Below, in pieces: positions 51,255-62,905 of a DNA stretch of 64,000 nucleotides (positions within the stretch are counted from its first letter, which is position 1; each line of letters begins with the position of its first letter). The position numbers were made by a program, and so were the translations under genes. The notes beneath the pieces were generated by a model. It searched no databases, was not told the origin of the DNA, and saw only the letters and a program-made list of their open reading frames with translations. Origin of the DNA: Podarcis filfolensis (lineage: Eukaryota); NCBI GenBank assembly GCA_964270895.1, contig OZ185436.1; one strand, written 5' to 3'.

Positions 51255-52245
51255 TAATGTATGCACACTCAGAGGATGACCTCCAAACCATCCTAAATAT
51301 CTTTGCAGAAGCTTACGAAAAGCTTGGCCTATCACACAACATCCAAAAAACCAAAGTGCTGCACCAACAAGTACAATATAACCCCTCTGCCGTGCCACAA
51401 ATCCAATTCAATAGTGTAACGTTGGAAATTGTCAATCACCTCTCCTACCTAGGCAGTTTTCTTTCCACAAGGGCCAACACTGATGCCGAAATCCAGCATC
51501 GCCTGAGCTCTGCGAGTGCGGCTTTCTCCCAATTGAAGTGCAGAGTGTTTGAGGACTGGGACATTCACAGGGAAACCAAAATGCTTGTTTACAAAGCTAC
51601 TGTACTACCAACCTTACTATATGCTTGTGAAACATGGACCACTTATAAACGCCATCTCCAACTCTGCAAAAGATTCCATCAACAGTGTCTCCGAAAAATT
51701 TTACACATCACTTGGGAAGACAGGCGAACTAATATCAGTGTACTGGAAGAAGCAAAGATCACCAGTGTTGAAGCAATGATTCTTCAACATCAACTTCGTT
51801 GGACTGGTCATGTTGTGCAGATGCCTGATGATCGTCTTCCAAAGCAACTACTCTATTCCCAACTTAAAAATGTAAAGTGTAATGCTGGTGGTCAACAAAA
51901 GAGGTTTAAAGACTGTCTCAAGGCAAATCTTAAAAAATGTAGTATAAACACTGACAACCGGGAAACACTGCCCTGCGAGCGTTCCAGTTGGAGAACAGCC
52001 TTTACCAAAGGTGTCATGGGCTTTGAAGACACACGAGCTCAGGACTCAAAGGAGAAACATGCTAAGAGGAAGGCATGCTTAGCAAATCCACACCGTGATC
52101 AACTCCTGCCTGGAAACCAGTGTCCCCACTGTGGAAGGACATGTGGATCCAGAATTGGCTTCCACAGTCTGTTACAGACTCATTGTTAAAACCGTGTTTA
52201 TGGAAGACAATCTTATTTGGCTACGAGTGATCGCCAAAGAAGATT
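51255..52245 (+). mobile_element. 5'-truncated RTE-clade LINE (non-BovB) with an uninterrupted 310-codon RT thumb and C-terminal Zn-finger frame (51257-52189)
   Basis: Begins just after the YADD position (AHSEDDLQ); YLGS, LPTLLYACETWT, LRWTGHV and CPHCGRTCGSRIG motifs; gaaga tail. Confidence 0.92.
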
Positions 52246-55200
52246 TCCATTAGCACATTGTTTGCTTAAGAAGCAGGGGGGAAGGGAGTCAGGGGTCAGC
52301 CAAGGCATCAAAAGAAAGCTCTGACTTGCAAAGAAGATGGTTTTAAAGGTCTAAAGTTTCTCAGCTGAGATCATCTCCTTGAAATCGTCTCCATCAGCTT
52401 CCCACACACACCAATTTCAGTTTTATAACACCCCTCGCTGTGCTAGTCTTGGCAGGGAATTTGCCCATCTTGCAGAGCTGTGCATGAATAATTCATTTAA
52501 GTGTCATGCTGATTCTCAAAAGGTTGGCCTCTACTCCTTTTCCGAGTGTGCAGGAAGAAGTGTTTAATGGGATTCTCTCTAAACAATCCCAAATATAGTG
52601 TTGTGTGAGCTTAATGCAGCATCCTCCTTTAAAAGGATTCTGGGCGATAACAGATTTAATGAAGGGAACAACTTAAAGCATATGGCTCCCTCTCCTCTCA
52701 TTGCTCTGATACATTTCAGCACAGGGCAGGGATGGGAGATGGGGCATCTTAGGAAGGGATGGCATTTGGATCACACATATCTTCCCCAAAGCTCGATGCA
52801 AACATTAAAGGTTGAAGCTGGTTACTGAGTTAACTTGTTGACTTTTGTTGTTTTATAGCAGAGTAGCAACAAGAGACGACTCTCCGTGGCCTAAAAAAGG
52901 TTCCAAGATAAGCAGAAATATCACTTCCCGGAAAGCAAACAAACCCTATGGGCTTTTGCACATACTTGCGTTGGCAATATAGAGGTTTATTTTTAAGGCA
53001 TGTCGGATCTGCAATAATCCATCAATAGGCCCTTAGTTGGTGGCTGCATGTGCTTGGTCTGCAGTTAAGGCTCACTGCTGGCAGAAATGCTTTATACTTT
53101 TCCACATTTTGTGTTGCAGATCCCCAGCCAAATGTTGTATGCAGAATGCATACATTAGAGGAACGTGTGCATTATATGAGGGAAAATAACATGCAGAGGG
53201 GCATTATATTAGTTGAAATTGCTTGCAAAAATGGGTATATTAGGCAAAACTGCATACTTCTTATGATAAATTTGCACTGGAGTGCTGATGAATCTTCATG
53301 AAGATTTAAAACAAATACAAATTTTAAAAAACACCAAAACCTCACACTGATGCAGAAATGTGGAGAAAACTGGGAAAATGAGAACTTAGAGGAACTGACA
53401 TTGACAGATCTCTGCTACACACAAGGGGCCCTGTACTCCCACCATCATCATTCTCGCAATGGCTTCTGGGGAAAAGAGGAACATTTATTAGATCTATGGA
53501 GACCCATTCCATGGACTAGTTGCCACTGGGACAAACTTCAGATCCCACATGCATACTTTGTGTGCACTGGGCTTTCAGGTAGCTCTGCTATGGGAACTGT
53601 GGGAATTTCTACCGCCACGAGGGGAGTATAAGTCTCCTACCAACTATCAGCACTCTTAACAAACTACAGTACCCAGGATTCTTTGGGGAAAGCAGAGACT
53701 GTTTAAAGCAGTATCACAGTGTTTTATATGTGTAATCCAGATGGTACCTGAATCCAACAGGCTTAAAGGATTACACAGTCATTACCGCAGAAATGTATTA
53801 TTTCAACACCTTGGGCTCTTCCAGGGAACTGATTTCAGAATATCTGTTTTTTTGCAGGCATGTTGTCCAAACAGGAGAGCCTTATTAGTAACAATCAAAG
53901 GAAGTTGAGTTCTTTCACTGCACTGGCTCTTGTCCACCTTACCCTGAGTTGCCATTTAAGATGAAATTAATGTCGTGATTGCTCTCTCTAGAGACTTTAG
54001 AAGTGCACCCATTGTACTTTATAAAAAGTCACAGGGGATGATGTGCGACTAATGCTGTTTGCTTTGGCATTTCTTAAATAACTACAGTGTGTGTCAACCT
54101 TGTCTCTGTGAGAAGGAAAAATAGCTCCCAATTTCATACCACATCTTCCTTGAGGGGATGCTGTCTTAAAATTGCTATAATAGGGAGGATTATAGGTTCT
54201 GACTTCTTTGGCAGATCTTTCCCAGATAGCAATCCAATTTCCATATGCCATTTATAAGGAATAAGGAGGATGCAATGCATCTCAGACATAAAACAGACTT
54301 TGCATATTTAATATATCCAGGGCCACCTCACCACACCCCCAACAAAGTTTTAAATACCATGCAAGGTTCACTTTCTTAAACTATTTCTTAATATCAAGTT
54401 TGAGCTACAGTTCATATGAACATTTTTCCTGTGATTGTCTTGAAGTGTAGCCACCATAACTTTGGGTACAGCACAGCCACAAGGCCCAAGTGAAACTTGG
54501 GAAACTAGTTTTTTGTCAGGACATGATTAGCTGTAGTCTTGGTCATGTTTTTCTGGTCAACGGAGTTCACAAGGCTCTTCAAAATACAAACAAGTCAACC
54601 CTAGTTCTTCAGGGGAGGGGGGCACAGTTTAGTGAAAGGACACATGTACTACATTCAGAAGGTTCTCAATTTATTCATTGGCCTCTTCGAGGAAAAACCT
54701 CAGGTAGTATGTGATAGGGAAGTTTTCTGCCTAAAATCCTGGAAAGAATTTGCCAGACACAGCAGAAGAGATAGGAAGCTGCATTATAGTGAGTCAGATC
54801 ACTGGTCCACATAACTCAGTATTTACACCAACTGGAAGAAGCTTTCCAGGGTTTTCAGTCTGTCCCATTAGCATTTTAGTACAAATTTCTCCTTTTGTCT
54901 CTGTGTGCATGATATACACATTTTTGCAAAGCGATTTCCACTAATATAATGCATTTTCTTAAGTTGTTTTCAATAATATATGCATGTTTATGCCCACTGA
55001 ACCATAGTATATACATTTTTGAACATGTGATGTGGTTGGGCATCTGCAGCGCAAAATTTCGATAAGTGTGAATTTCAAAGGATAGTTGTGTTTGAGTTCT
55101 GTTCTTAGACTGAGGTAAAGTTCACAAACCTACACTACTTCTGGTTTTGGGGAGTTCGTAAACCAAATAGTTTGTAAACAGGGCTGTTCTTAAACTGAGG

Positions 55201-55854
55201 TACCACTGTATTAACTTGTGTTCCAAAATGTATCTGTGTCAGACATTTGTGGTACATTAACAGCCTGAAAGCAACACATACGTGCACACCTATGTCAAAG
55301 TTGTTAAGAACTAGAGCTGTCCTTTGAGGTGTCTTTTGTTCAAATGTGACTTCTATTATTGCTTCAGTTTGTATCCACAAGCAAGCCACCCAAGATGAGC
55401 AATATGGAAATAATGATACGGAGCTGCCTCACATGGTGATTGTAAGATACCAAGTAAATAGAGAAGCTGTGCTTTGTTTTATTATCTATTTATTTTTATT
55501 TTAAGGAGCTGCATCCTGCCTTTAAATAGCCCCACAAAGTGGCAGAGTGCACAAAGAAACAACCAATACCAATGCCATAAATACAATTTTAAGCATTTTA
55601 AATACCACAGATCCTTAAAAGAGCCCACACATAAACAATGATCAGCTCTCATAGAAATGAACACATAATACAGTGCCAACATTTCTGCTGCTCAATTAAA
55701 ATCAAGCCACAAAAGTAGCGAGGGAGATATTAGTCTTCAGAATCAGCTTTAACGCATGGAAAGATGTGACTTGGAACACTCTAAGCACTAAGGTTGTCCA
55801 GTGCCACTCGATGAAGTTCAAAGTTTCATTGCTCAACACTGCAAGTACCCTGCA

Positions 55855-56273
55855 AGGACATGGGGTCTGGAAACTAAGCCTTATGAGGAGTGCTTAAAGG
55901 AGCTGGGTATGTTTAACCTAGAAGAGAGGAGACTGAGAGGAGATATGATACACATCTTCAAATATCTTAAGGGCTGTCATATGGAGGAGGGAGCATGCTT
56001 GTTTTCTCTTGCTCTGGAGGGTAGGATTGAACCAATGGCTTCAAGTTGCAAGAAACAAGATTCTGACTGAACATTTGGAAATACTTTCTGACAGTAAGAA
56101 CTGCTCAGAAGTGGAACAGACTCCCACGAGAGGGGGTGGGCTCTCCTTCCTTGGAGGTTTTTAAGCAGAGGTTGGATGGCTATCTGTCATGGATGCTTTA
56201 GCTGAGATTCCTGCATTGCGGGCAGTTGGGCTAGATCACCCTTAGGCCCCTTGCAACTCTAAGATTTTATGAT
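55855..56273 (+). mobile_element. CR1 LINE 3' fragment
   Basis: [27 protein letters not shown]. Shares gactcccacgagagggggtgg with the 31320 copy. Confidence 0.88.
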
Positions 56274-57432
56274 TGCACTCTAGGGAAACAGGAAGGTGCA
56301 CAGAGGTATTCTCAAGCAGACTGATTATGTTGAGAATATAGGAAACCACCTTCTATCAAATCATTGGTCCAGTAATCTCAGTATTGTCCACTCTAATAGC
56401 CAATGATGCTCCAGGGTTTCTGACAGGGAAAACTTTCAGCCCACATGGTGATGCCAGGAATCATAGATGCTCTACAACTGAGCTACAGCTCTCCCTTCTG
56501 TTTTCAGAAGGGAATGCAATTAGGTCTGTACAGATCTTTCATGGCTACATGGGAGTGTCTAGCCTATGGAAAGAGTGTGGTGCGCATGAGGGGAGCAAGA
56601 AAAAAACGGTGTCCACCCATCTTCAGTAGTTCACTGAACACCGTTTCCTTCTCACTTGAAAACAAACTGTGCCTCTTCCACTTCCTTCCCAGGGTGAAAG
56701 CAAAAAACCCTAGTTCAACGGTTTAAAGACAATCTGGCACACCACCATCTCTTGAGGCCCTTGCTGAATCCCATGTTTGTTAAGTCAATTGACAATATGC
56801 TACATTGCGGCATTTGTGTGTCCAGTTACTCTTTGATTACCTGCTCACTCCAAGGATTTCTCTTGTGATTCAAATGACTTAAAGAAACATCTGCCAAGTG
56901 AACTCTGGCGGCCTTTTCTGCAGCTCTTCATGAACTTTACTTTTCTTTCTCTTTCAGGATGAGAGCTATTTGGCATGCTGGGCTGTCCAGGGATTTTGTG
57001 TTTTTGTTTTTTTAAAAAAACTTAGTTCTGGATTCACGCTTTGGCTCCTGTGCCCTCCTCTCCTTTTTCTCATTCTCTCAGCGCCTCAGTAATTTTGGTG
57101 CAGAGACTGATTACTGTCAGTCCTGCCTGAGGCTCACCTCGCATATTCCTGCAGAAAAGCAAAATTCATGCTCTAAATGAGCTGGCTCACACCTCACAAT
57201 CTGCTCACTCTCTCAGCATTATATGTAGTTCAGCACCTTTATTGGCTGAGTCCAAAGTTATAAAAGTTTAAATTTCAGAGCTGTTCAGAAATAGAAGGCT
57301 GTTCTGAATGCCATGTGTATAATTGTCTCCTCCATCACCTTTGCTAGGATTGACACGGGTGGGGGAAATGTAGCAAGTAATATGAGCCCCACACCACCCT
57401 GTGTAGAAGTTACCTGAGGGCTGAAGGAATAA

Positions 57433-57590
57433 TCATAGTTCGGTGGCAGAGTATCTGCTTTGCATGCAGAATATCCCAAGTTCAATCCCCGCTATCTCCA
57501 CGTAGGGCTGCAAATGTCAGTCAGTGCAGACAGCAGTGACCTAGATAGGCCATTGGTCTGACTCAGTATAAGGCAGCTTCCCATGTTCTT
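57433..57590 (+). mobile_element. Squam3-like tRNA-derived SINE
   Basis: ggtggcagagtatctgctttgcatgcag...gttcaatccc head and ggtctgactcagtataaggcagcttcccatgttc tail. Confidence 0.78.
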
Positions 57591-57644
57591 AAGGAGACTG
57601 GAGGGAGGGAAAGTGAAATAATAGCATTAGAATGAAACTTTGTA

Positions 57645-57886
57645 CAGTGGTACCTCGGGTTACATACCCTTCAGGTTACATACACTTCAGGTTACAGACT
57701 CCGCTAACCCAGAAATAGTACCTCGGGTTAAGAACTTTGCTTCAGGATGAGAACAGAAATCGTGCTCCGGTGGCGCAGCAGCAGCGGGAGGCCCCATTAG
57801 CTAAAGTGGCGCTTCAGGTTAAGAACAGTTTCAGGTTAAGTACAGACCTCCAGAATGAATTAAGTACTTAACCCGAGGTACCACTG
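57645..57886. mobile_element. Tc1/mariner (Tigger-like) MITE, 242 bp, TA TSD
   Basis: Perfect 18-bp TIR CAGTGGTACCTCGGGTTA, TA on both sides. Confidence 0.92.
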
Positions 57887-58392
57887 TACAGACAAGAAAC
57901 TTCAGTGGCTTTAGCCTGAAGTGGTTGAAAACCCATGGATTAGCCCAAGGTCACCCAAGACTTCCAGAGAACAGTAGGAACCAGGTAAATTTATGCCAAA
58001 CCCCTAGTGAAATTAGCATTCATTATTGTTGTTGATGTTTCCTTGGAAATGGAAAGGCAATAAACAAACCAAGAGCATGAATGTGCCCGGCCAAAACTGT
58101 CGAAAGCATAGAAGAAGTAGAAGCAGATGTGGCTTGCAAGGAAGAGGAAAGTGCCAACTGAAGAAGCTGGTTGCACTGAGTGCCTGGCTTGTCACTGCAA
58201 TATAGAGGCAATGAAGATGATTTAATGGGGTTTTTTTGGCTTTGGCTTTAAGAATGCATAGGTAGCAGCAAGAGTTCGCAGCATGGCTCTGAATTTGAAG
58301 TCAGGGACTCAGGATGAAGAATGTTGTGTGAAAGGAGACGTTCTGGATGACAGTAAAGGAGGGGCTGCATCCGGCTCTGCCAATGCCATACT

Positions 58393-58750
58393 TTGGGACT
58401 GGTGCCCAAGAATGCCCTGGGTAAGAACAGACTCACATCTCATCTGTCTTATCTGAAGGGAGCATCTGTTAATTATGCTCCAGAATTATGCTCAGTTGAG
58501 CATGCATCTTTTGACCATGGTGCAAAAGGACCCCAGAGCTCTTTTGGCCAAGTGCGACGTAAAATCTCCCTTCAAGCTTTTGCCTGTGCATCACGATGAC
58601 TTTGATCTGTTGGGATTTGCATTTGAAGGTGAATTCTGCTTGGGCAAGGCTCTTCTGATGAGACGCTCCATTTAATTTTTGGAATGGTGCTTGAGGCAGA
58701 GAATGGAAAATGCAGCAGCCACACATTATTTTGAGGATTCCCTGTTTGGA
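58393..58750 (+). pseudogene. Decayed DIRS/Ngaro-type reverse transcriptase fragment
   Basis: Across a frameshift: LGLVPKNALGKNRLTSHLSYLKGASVN...ELCSVEHASFD / ALLAKCDVKSPFKLLPVHHDDFDLLGF...KALLM, then HYFEDSLF at 58724-58747 at the HYLDDFLF position. Confidence 0.8.
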
Positions 58751-59327
58751 GTGATAGACTTCAGCACGTCAGAGTGCTGTTAGCTGTACACCCAGAAGTT
58801 AACTGGCATGGTGGGGAGACCCGTAATACAAAACAAAACAGGATGTCCATAATCAAACTTGTCTTTTTGGTTTTTGAACCAGGGGCCACCAACACTTCTG
58901 GGTCTGTGGGCACATTTGGCAATTCTCATGGGCTGTCATGGCTAATCACAAACTTGCCTAAGAAATTGAGTGCAAGGCAGAGGCTGGCATTCAGCCCAAA
59001 ATGTCAAACAGAATATTTGACCCCTGTTAGCAGAACAAAATACCCATTGCTCATCAGACAAACTGAATAGGATGAGGCAGTCTTATCCCAAAGTGCCATC
59101 CACCATTGCCTCCCTTCCTTGTTCTCTCACTCACACAACAATTACTGCCTTCCTTCCTATGGTTGCAATACTATGCCTGCCTGCACGGGAACAAGTCCCA
59201 CTGTGCAAGATTGCTCTGTCTAGCCCACTACTCTCACCCATTCAAGCACCCTCTCCTCAATGTTATTCTCATGGATGGCATTCTTGCTCCCACTTGCCAA
59301 GCTCAACTAGTCCTGTCACCCATTCAT

Positions 59328-59498
59328 AGGGACATGAGAAACTGCCTAATATTGCACCAGACGCATTGGTCGATCTACCTCAGTGCTGCTTTACTGACTG
59401 GCAGCAGCTCTCCTGGGTACCTGAAGATGCCAGGGGTTGAACCTGGGACCTGAGATCTTCTGCATGTAAGGCATAAACTCTACCACTGAGCTATGGCC
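59328..59498 (-). mobile_element. Squam3-like tRNA-derived SINE
   Basis: Minus head ggccatagctcagtggtagag...ggttcaaccc. Confidence 0.72.
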
Positions 59499-60091
59499 AC
59501 ACATTCCTTCCCTGGGATGTCCTTTGCCTGGCACCTCTCAATGAAAGTACAACAGCTAATAGCACACTGAAAGCAGAATAGCAGCAGCAGGAACTGCACA
59601 CAACCAGAAGGCTGCAAATGAATCCATGTATGGTGCTTGCAGACAGCACAATGGTTGTGGTTCGAGGACCCGATCCCTGCAATGTGAAATGAATACACAA
59701 GGACACGTGATATAAGGTTAATGGGCAAGAAAAGGCCACAACTTTATTGATTACAGCAAGTGAAAAGGTATTGGCTTAGGCATTGGATTACGTCAGCTGA
59801 CTCCACCCCCTCAGAGAGGGGTGAGTCTAAAACAAGGGGGGTTTATTCACCAGTAGGTGGAGCCTGTTGATGCTAATTCAACTATAGGCTCTCCCCTGAT
59901 GTCACCGAGGGTCGTGCCATGGCCTCCCGCCAAGCAGGCATCGGACAGAATACACGACCGCCAGATTCCTTTAACGGAATACCCCCAAATTGAAGGCATA
60001 GGCGATGGCCACACCTAGCCCTTCAACACCACAACACATTATTCCAATGCCTAACCGCCATCCGAGCCTAAAAGGCTCGCTGCCAATACCC

Positions 60092-60656
60092 TCACAGCTG
60101 TAACCAATCCCTGATGCTGCTGATGACGCTATCTAACCAGATGTCATTCCCCTGGTCTGAGAGATGAACCCCGTCATTCCGATACAAGGCCTGGTCGCCA
60201 ATCCAGATACGGTCATGATAAATGACTCGGCCATTCATAAAGCGCACCCAACGGGATATTGCCCAATTTAAGAGTTTCCTGGTTTTTTCAATGGCCATAC
60301 AGTTCTGCGCACCGCGCCAAACAATTCTCTTCAGGAAGGAGGACCAGAACACCGTTGTTCCGGGACACAAGGCAGCAATCGCATCCAAGTCTCTTTTTAT
60401 GTTCCACAACAAGTCCGCACTTCTTCTGTTAACAAGGTCATTCTCCCCTAATTGAATGATAAGGATGTCGGGAGGGCCGAATGTGGCTACTTTCTCCCTC
60501 AGCAATGGCGTAAGCTCTTCCCAATGCATGCCTCGTCTCGAAAACCAGGAAACTCGAACCCCAGGTGGCAAACCAAGATTAGGAGTGAGGCCGCAGCTGA
60601 CCGCCCGTACGCGGGCCCAATGGACTATACTGTGGCCGCAAATCCACACACTTCTC
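60092..60656 (-). CDS. SGNH/GDSL-type hydrolase ORF (~187 codons, no ATG; begins at a splice acceptor)
   Basis: Four SGNH blocks: WICGHS (Ser), RRGM (Gly), QLGENDL (Asn), DGVHL (Asp/His). Confidence 0.85.
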
Positions 60657-60723
60657 CTGAAAACAGATGAGAATGAAAAGGAAAGAAAAACGGGTAAGTA
60701 GGGGTAATGTAGCAGAGCGTATT

Positions 60724-61629
60724 CTAGTGAATATAACCTTTATAAGCATCGGATTTCCACCGGCCCATTTCCTTAATCTTATCCATGGGCAGACCCAAGC
60801 GTGCAGCTGTTGTGGCGGCACCAATCCTGAATGAGTGTGCAGCATAATCCTGGGAAGATAAACCACAAGCATCAATAGCTTTGCGGAGTACCCTTGTGAA
60901 TTGGTGTCTCAATAAAGGTGACCCATCTTCGTGAACCAGAAGCGGACCCAGGCCAGGCGGTCTGAGGTAAAGGTACCGCCTAGTGTCCTTGACCGGGCAT
61001 GGGCCCTGCTGCGCTGACGCTGTAGGTTTAACAAGAACACCCCTACTGGCCTGATCAGTTTTGGATTGACGTATCCGCACCGTCATGCTAGTTTCGGACA
61101 ACTGCACGTCCTCCATAAGGAGGCCGCGCGTTGAGCCGTTTGCGCTAACCTCGACTACAACTTCGCCAACTCTCAGGGCGCCAAAAAAGGCAATAGCATA
61201 TGCTGCAGAAAAGAGGTGGGCCTCAAACTTGGTCCAGCAGATTGACCTAAGCTTTGTGCGTATCTGAGAGAGCAACCCATAAGAAATTGGCTTACGGACC
61301 TCGGCCCTAGGGGGTTGTAGCCTGCCCCAACCCTCAATAGCTCTGCGGATTAGGAAGTCACTGCACAGATTGGAGGAAAATGTGGCTTTAGCAAAGAAGC
61401 TGATGGCGGCTACATGTATCTTTAAAGTTTTGGGGGCACGTCCCAAATCATCGAGATGGGAAAGGTATTGCAGAACGTCGTCAGTGGTGAGTGGCACGCT
61501 AGGTGAAAGCCCGGATACCCCAGACCTGAAGCCCAAGAAATTGCACCAGGCCTTCTTGTAAGACCTGAGAGTGGAGGGTGCGACAGACGCTAATACTCCC
61601 TTAGTCACTTTGCGTCTCCAATGTTCCAC
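60724..61629 (-). CDS. Tyrosine recombinase (301 aa), overlapping the RNase H ORF by 25 nt
   Basis: N-terminal SAM-like core-binding region (STLRSYKKAW), GALRVGE (R), SKTDQ (K), HSFRIGAAT (HxxR), GRWKSDAYKGY (W, Y). No stops. Confidence 0.93.
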   Translation of the reverse strand: MEHWRRKVTKGVLASVAPSTLRSYKKAWCNFLGFRSGVSGLSPSVPLTTDDVLQYLSHLDDLGRAPKTLKIHVAAISFFAKATFSSNLCSDFLIRRAIEGWGRLQPPRAEVRKPISYGLLSQIRTKLRSICWTKFEAHLFSAAYAIAFFGALRVGEVVVEVSANGSTRGLLMEDVQLSETSMTVRIRQSKTDQASRGVLVKPTASAQQGPCPVKDTRRYLYLRPPGLGPLLVHEDGSPLLRHQFTRVLRKAIDACGLSSQDYAAHSFRIGAATTAARLGLPMDKIKEMGRWKSDAYKGYIH

Positions 61630-62354
61630 AGGTGCTCCGGAAAGGGTTCGGGCAACGGTTGCGCTCCAGGTGCAAGCGACCGGAAGCGAGACATCTGAAA
61701 GCGAGACAAGGCATCAGCTATATCATTTTTGATCCCTGGTATAAATTTGGCTGAAAAAATTATGTTATACTCAAGGCACCGGAGAACGAACGCCCGCAGA
61801 AGGGAGGAGACCCTTGCAGATCGAGATGACTGCCTAGCCAGTATGTTCACCACCGCTTGGTTGTCGGTTCTGAAGCACACCCGGCGATTTCGAAACTCCT
61901 CCGTCCAGATATGTACGGCCACTACTATTGGAAAAAACTCAAGAAAAGTGAGATCCCGCGTGATGGCCTCGCCCTGCCACCCCGTTGGCCATCGTTGAGT
62001 GCACCATCGTCCCCTAAAGTACAAGCCAAAGCCCAGGGATCCTGCTGCATCTGATTGAACCTGGAAATCTGAAGACAAGTTAAGAACATCGTGCCATAGG
62101 GATACTCCATTGTAGTGGTCCAAAAATGTTAACCAAACCTCTAGGTCCGCCTTAACTGACTTGGGAAGTCGGACCCTGTGGTGTGGGTGCTTGAGACCTA
62201 CTGAAAGCCTGGCCAGGCGGGCGCAGAAGGGGTGTCCAGGGGAAACTACTCTGCAAGCGAAATTAAAATGACCTAACAGGGATTGTATCTGTCTAAGAGT
62301 GACCTTTTTTAGCGTAAGGGTAGTTCGGATTAGGAGGGGCTGGCGCTGCAGCAT
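61605..62354 (-). CDS. Retroelement RT-connection/RNase H ORF (249 aa; RT palm absent)
   Basis: KKVTLRQIQSLLGHFNFAC tether. RNase H acidic residues in SDAA, FLEFFP, TDNQAVV and NDIADALSR all present. Confidence 0.88.
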   Translation of the reverse strand: MLQRQPLLIRTTLTLKKVTLRQIQSLLGHFNFACRVVSPGHPFCARLARLSVGLKHPHHRVRLPKSVKADLEVWLTFLDHYNGVSLWHDVLNLSSDFQVQSDAAGSLGFGLYFRGRWCTQRWPTGWQGEAITRDLTFLEFFPIVVAVHIWTEEFRNRRVCFRTDNQAVVNILARQSSRSARVSSLLRAFVLRCLEYNIIFSAKFIPGIKNDIADALSRFQMSRFRSLAPGAQPLPEPFPEHLWNIGDAK

Positions 62355-62905
62355 TTACTCTGCTGTACACGCCCCCTCGGAGGCACCTGGTTGGGTGCCT
62401 GCCGATGGGCGTGGGCGCCAGCCAGGTGAGTGGGAGGCAGGGGGCTAACGCCCCCTGCTAGAGGTGGAGCTCGGGCTCCCGCCCACAACCATTCCCCTCT
62501 CTTCCAGGAGGAGAGTCCATATCACAAGTAATTGAGAAGCACCATGGAACAGTGTTTGCAACTCTCGTTCGTGACCCCAGTATTAGGCATTGTGAAAGGA
62601 GTTTCTAGGTTACCAGTGAGATGGGTGGAGTAAACAGTCTGAGAATGCTAAAAAGATAAAAAGTAAGAAAGAAAATCACACGCGATGGTTCTAAGGCAGG
62701 CTCCCATGCCTGATTATACATATCCACAGTGGGTAGGGGAACTCCACATTATTTTATGAGTGCACCCTTAGGGTGGGAGAGATTTCTAGCTCAGAGTTAG
62801 CAATAGAGTTGGAGGTGCTTCCAGGTGTTGCAGAAAGGTCAGGGTCTGAGTTATCTTTAAGGGACAATTACTATGCAGAATGTCCACAAACACACAAACC
62901 AACTA

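Larger units (their letters stand above)
59650..62493 (-). mobile_element. Ngaro-type (DIRS order) tyrosine-recombinase retroelement lacking gag/RT; ends approximate
   Basis: Order RNase H > YR > SGNH hydrolase > structured 3' region > AATAAA (minus, 59747-59742). High CpG retention. The hydrolase ORF is characteristic of Ngaro elements. Confidence 0.88.
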
